Below the pieces are notes generated by a model. It had not been told where the DNA came from, made no database searches, and saw only the letters and a program-made list of their open reading frames with translations. The translations under genes were made by a program, and so were the position numbers. This document shows positions 63,457-64,000 of a stretch of DNA of 64,000 nt, piece by piece (the stretch's first letter is position 1; every line of letters starts with the position of its first letter). The DNA is from a virus. Location: IMG/VR virus record IMGVR_UViG_3300017912_003659, positions 301-64,300 of that record, one strand, 5' to 3'.

Positions 63457-63893
63457 GACGTCCACGCCGCCGCAACACAAGAAGAAGAAGAAGGTTACAA
63501 CATAATATGAGTATACAAGATCCCGCCCACGATCCCGAACGCCGAAGCCCGCGCGCGACGCGCGGCTCCGACGAAAATTTTCTCCGGACCGATTCAGCCG
63601 CCAAGGCCGGCTCGTACACCCATGAGGAAGCCACTCCCACTCCCCCTAATCAAGACAAGTCCTTTAGTAATTTAGCGGATTATCGGAGGGTAAGTGCGAT
63701 TATAGGTGAAGACTTTTATACAGGGAACGGATTGGAGACGGTAATGGATCGGTTAGAATTAAGTATGAAGGCTCATCCCTTAGAATTAAAACCCATATCC
63801 TATTATACGGACCCAGCCAATAAACAATCCCAAAAGCCCATACCCCCATATATAGAACTAGATACCGATGAAGAGGGACTCGAGCATGAGTAG
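63453..63893 (+). CDS. hypothetical protein, Arg-rich N-terminus, anomalous GC-rich composition
   Basis: 146 aa ORF; MRRPRRRNTRRRRRLQHN..; composition shift relative to the rest of the window. Confidence 0.35.
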   Translation: MRRPRRRNTRRRRRLQHNMSIQDPAHDPERRSPRATRGSDENFLRTDSAAKAGSYTHEEATPTPPNQDKSFSNLADYRRVSAIIGEDFYTGNGLETVMDRLELSMKAHPLELKPISYYTDPANKQSQKPIPPYIELDTDEEGLEHE

Positions 63894-64000
63894 CCACGGC
63901 TTCCTCGGAAGAAGCGGATCGTACAATTGATTCGGTCTTACTAAGACTTCTTCCGGCCTCTGAGTGCTCTTGCTCAAGGTGAGGTGGGGAACCGATAGAA

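Noticed and set aside
1-64000. CRISPR array, rRNA, integrase or transposase
   Set aside because: No regularly spaced direct repeats, rRNA-like sequence, or recognisable integrase/transposase motifs seen; the window is consistent with a virulent phage genome.

Overview
AT-rich, almost entirely plus-strand, gene-dense window from a large T4-like (myovirus-type) tailed phage genome, host unknown. Left to right: tape-measure-like and baseplate genes (1-9.4 kb). A lone minus-strand TonB-C-like gene (9.4-9.75 kb). A replication/nucleotide block (9.9-33 kb) with a divergent family-A polymerase, gp32-like SSB, UvsX/RecA, FEN-like RNase H, DnaB-like helicase, B12-dependent RNR, tRNA-Ala and tRNA-Gln, deoxyribosyltransferase-like, HD phosphohydrolase, ThyX-like, MazG/dUTPase-like, a full DnaE-type Pol III alpha, PhoH, a P-loop kinase fused to a thymidylate-synthase-like domain, dCMP deaminase and a PD-(D/E)XK nuclease. 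A large surface-glycan block (33.5-50.6 kb) with glycosyltransferases, a GT29/sialyltransferase-like protein, CMP-sugar synthetase, AroB-like cyclase, SIS isomerase, kinase-aldolase fusion, PIG-L deacetylase, WbqC and a sulfotransferase-GT fusion. A terminator-bounded cassette (52.8-56.16 kb) with four tandem type IV pilin-like genes, a secreted protein and an MscS-like membrane protein. A right arm of small accessory genes (56.1-63.4 kb) with a tRNA-Gly lying inside an ORF, a HExxH+VWA protein, HNH and a phosphoribosyltransferase. I also see a recurrent promoter-like element (A-rich, AAGCCTTTAC, N18-19, TAGATTCTAATATG) at least 7 times, several apparently leaderless. The strongest candidates for something undescribed are the phage pilin cassette, the CMP-sugar/GT29/cyclase glycan operon, the kinase-TS fusion, the pairing of DnaE with a minimal PolA-like protein, and the repeated promoter element. 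All calls come from reading sequence and motifs only; no database search was run.
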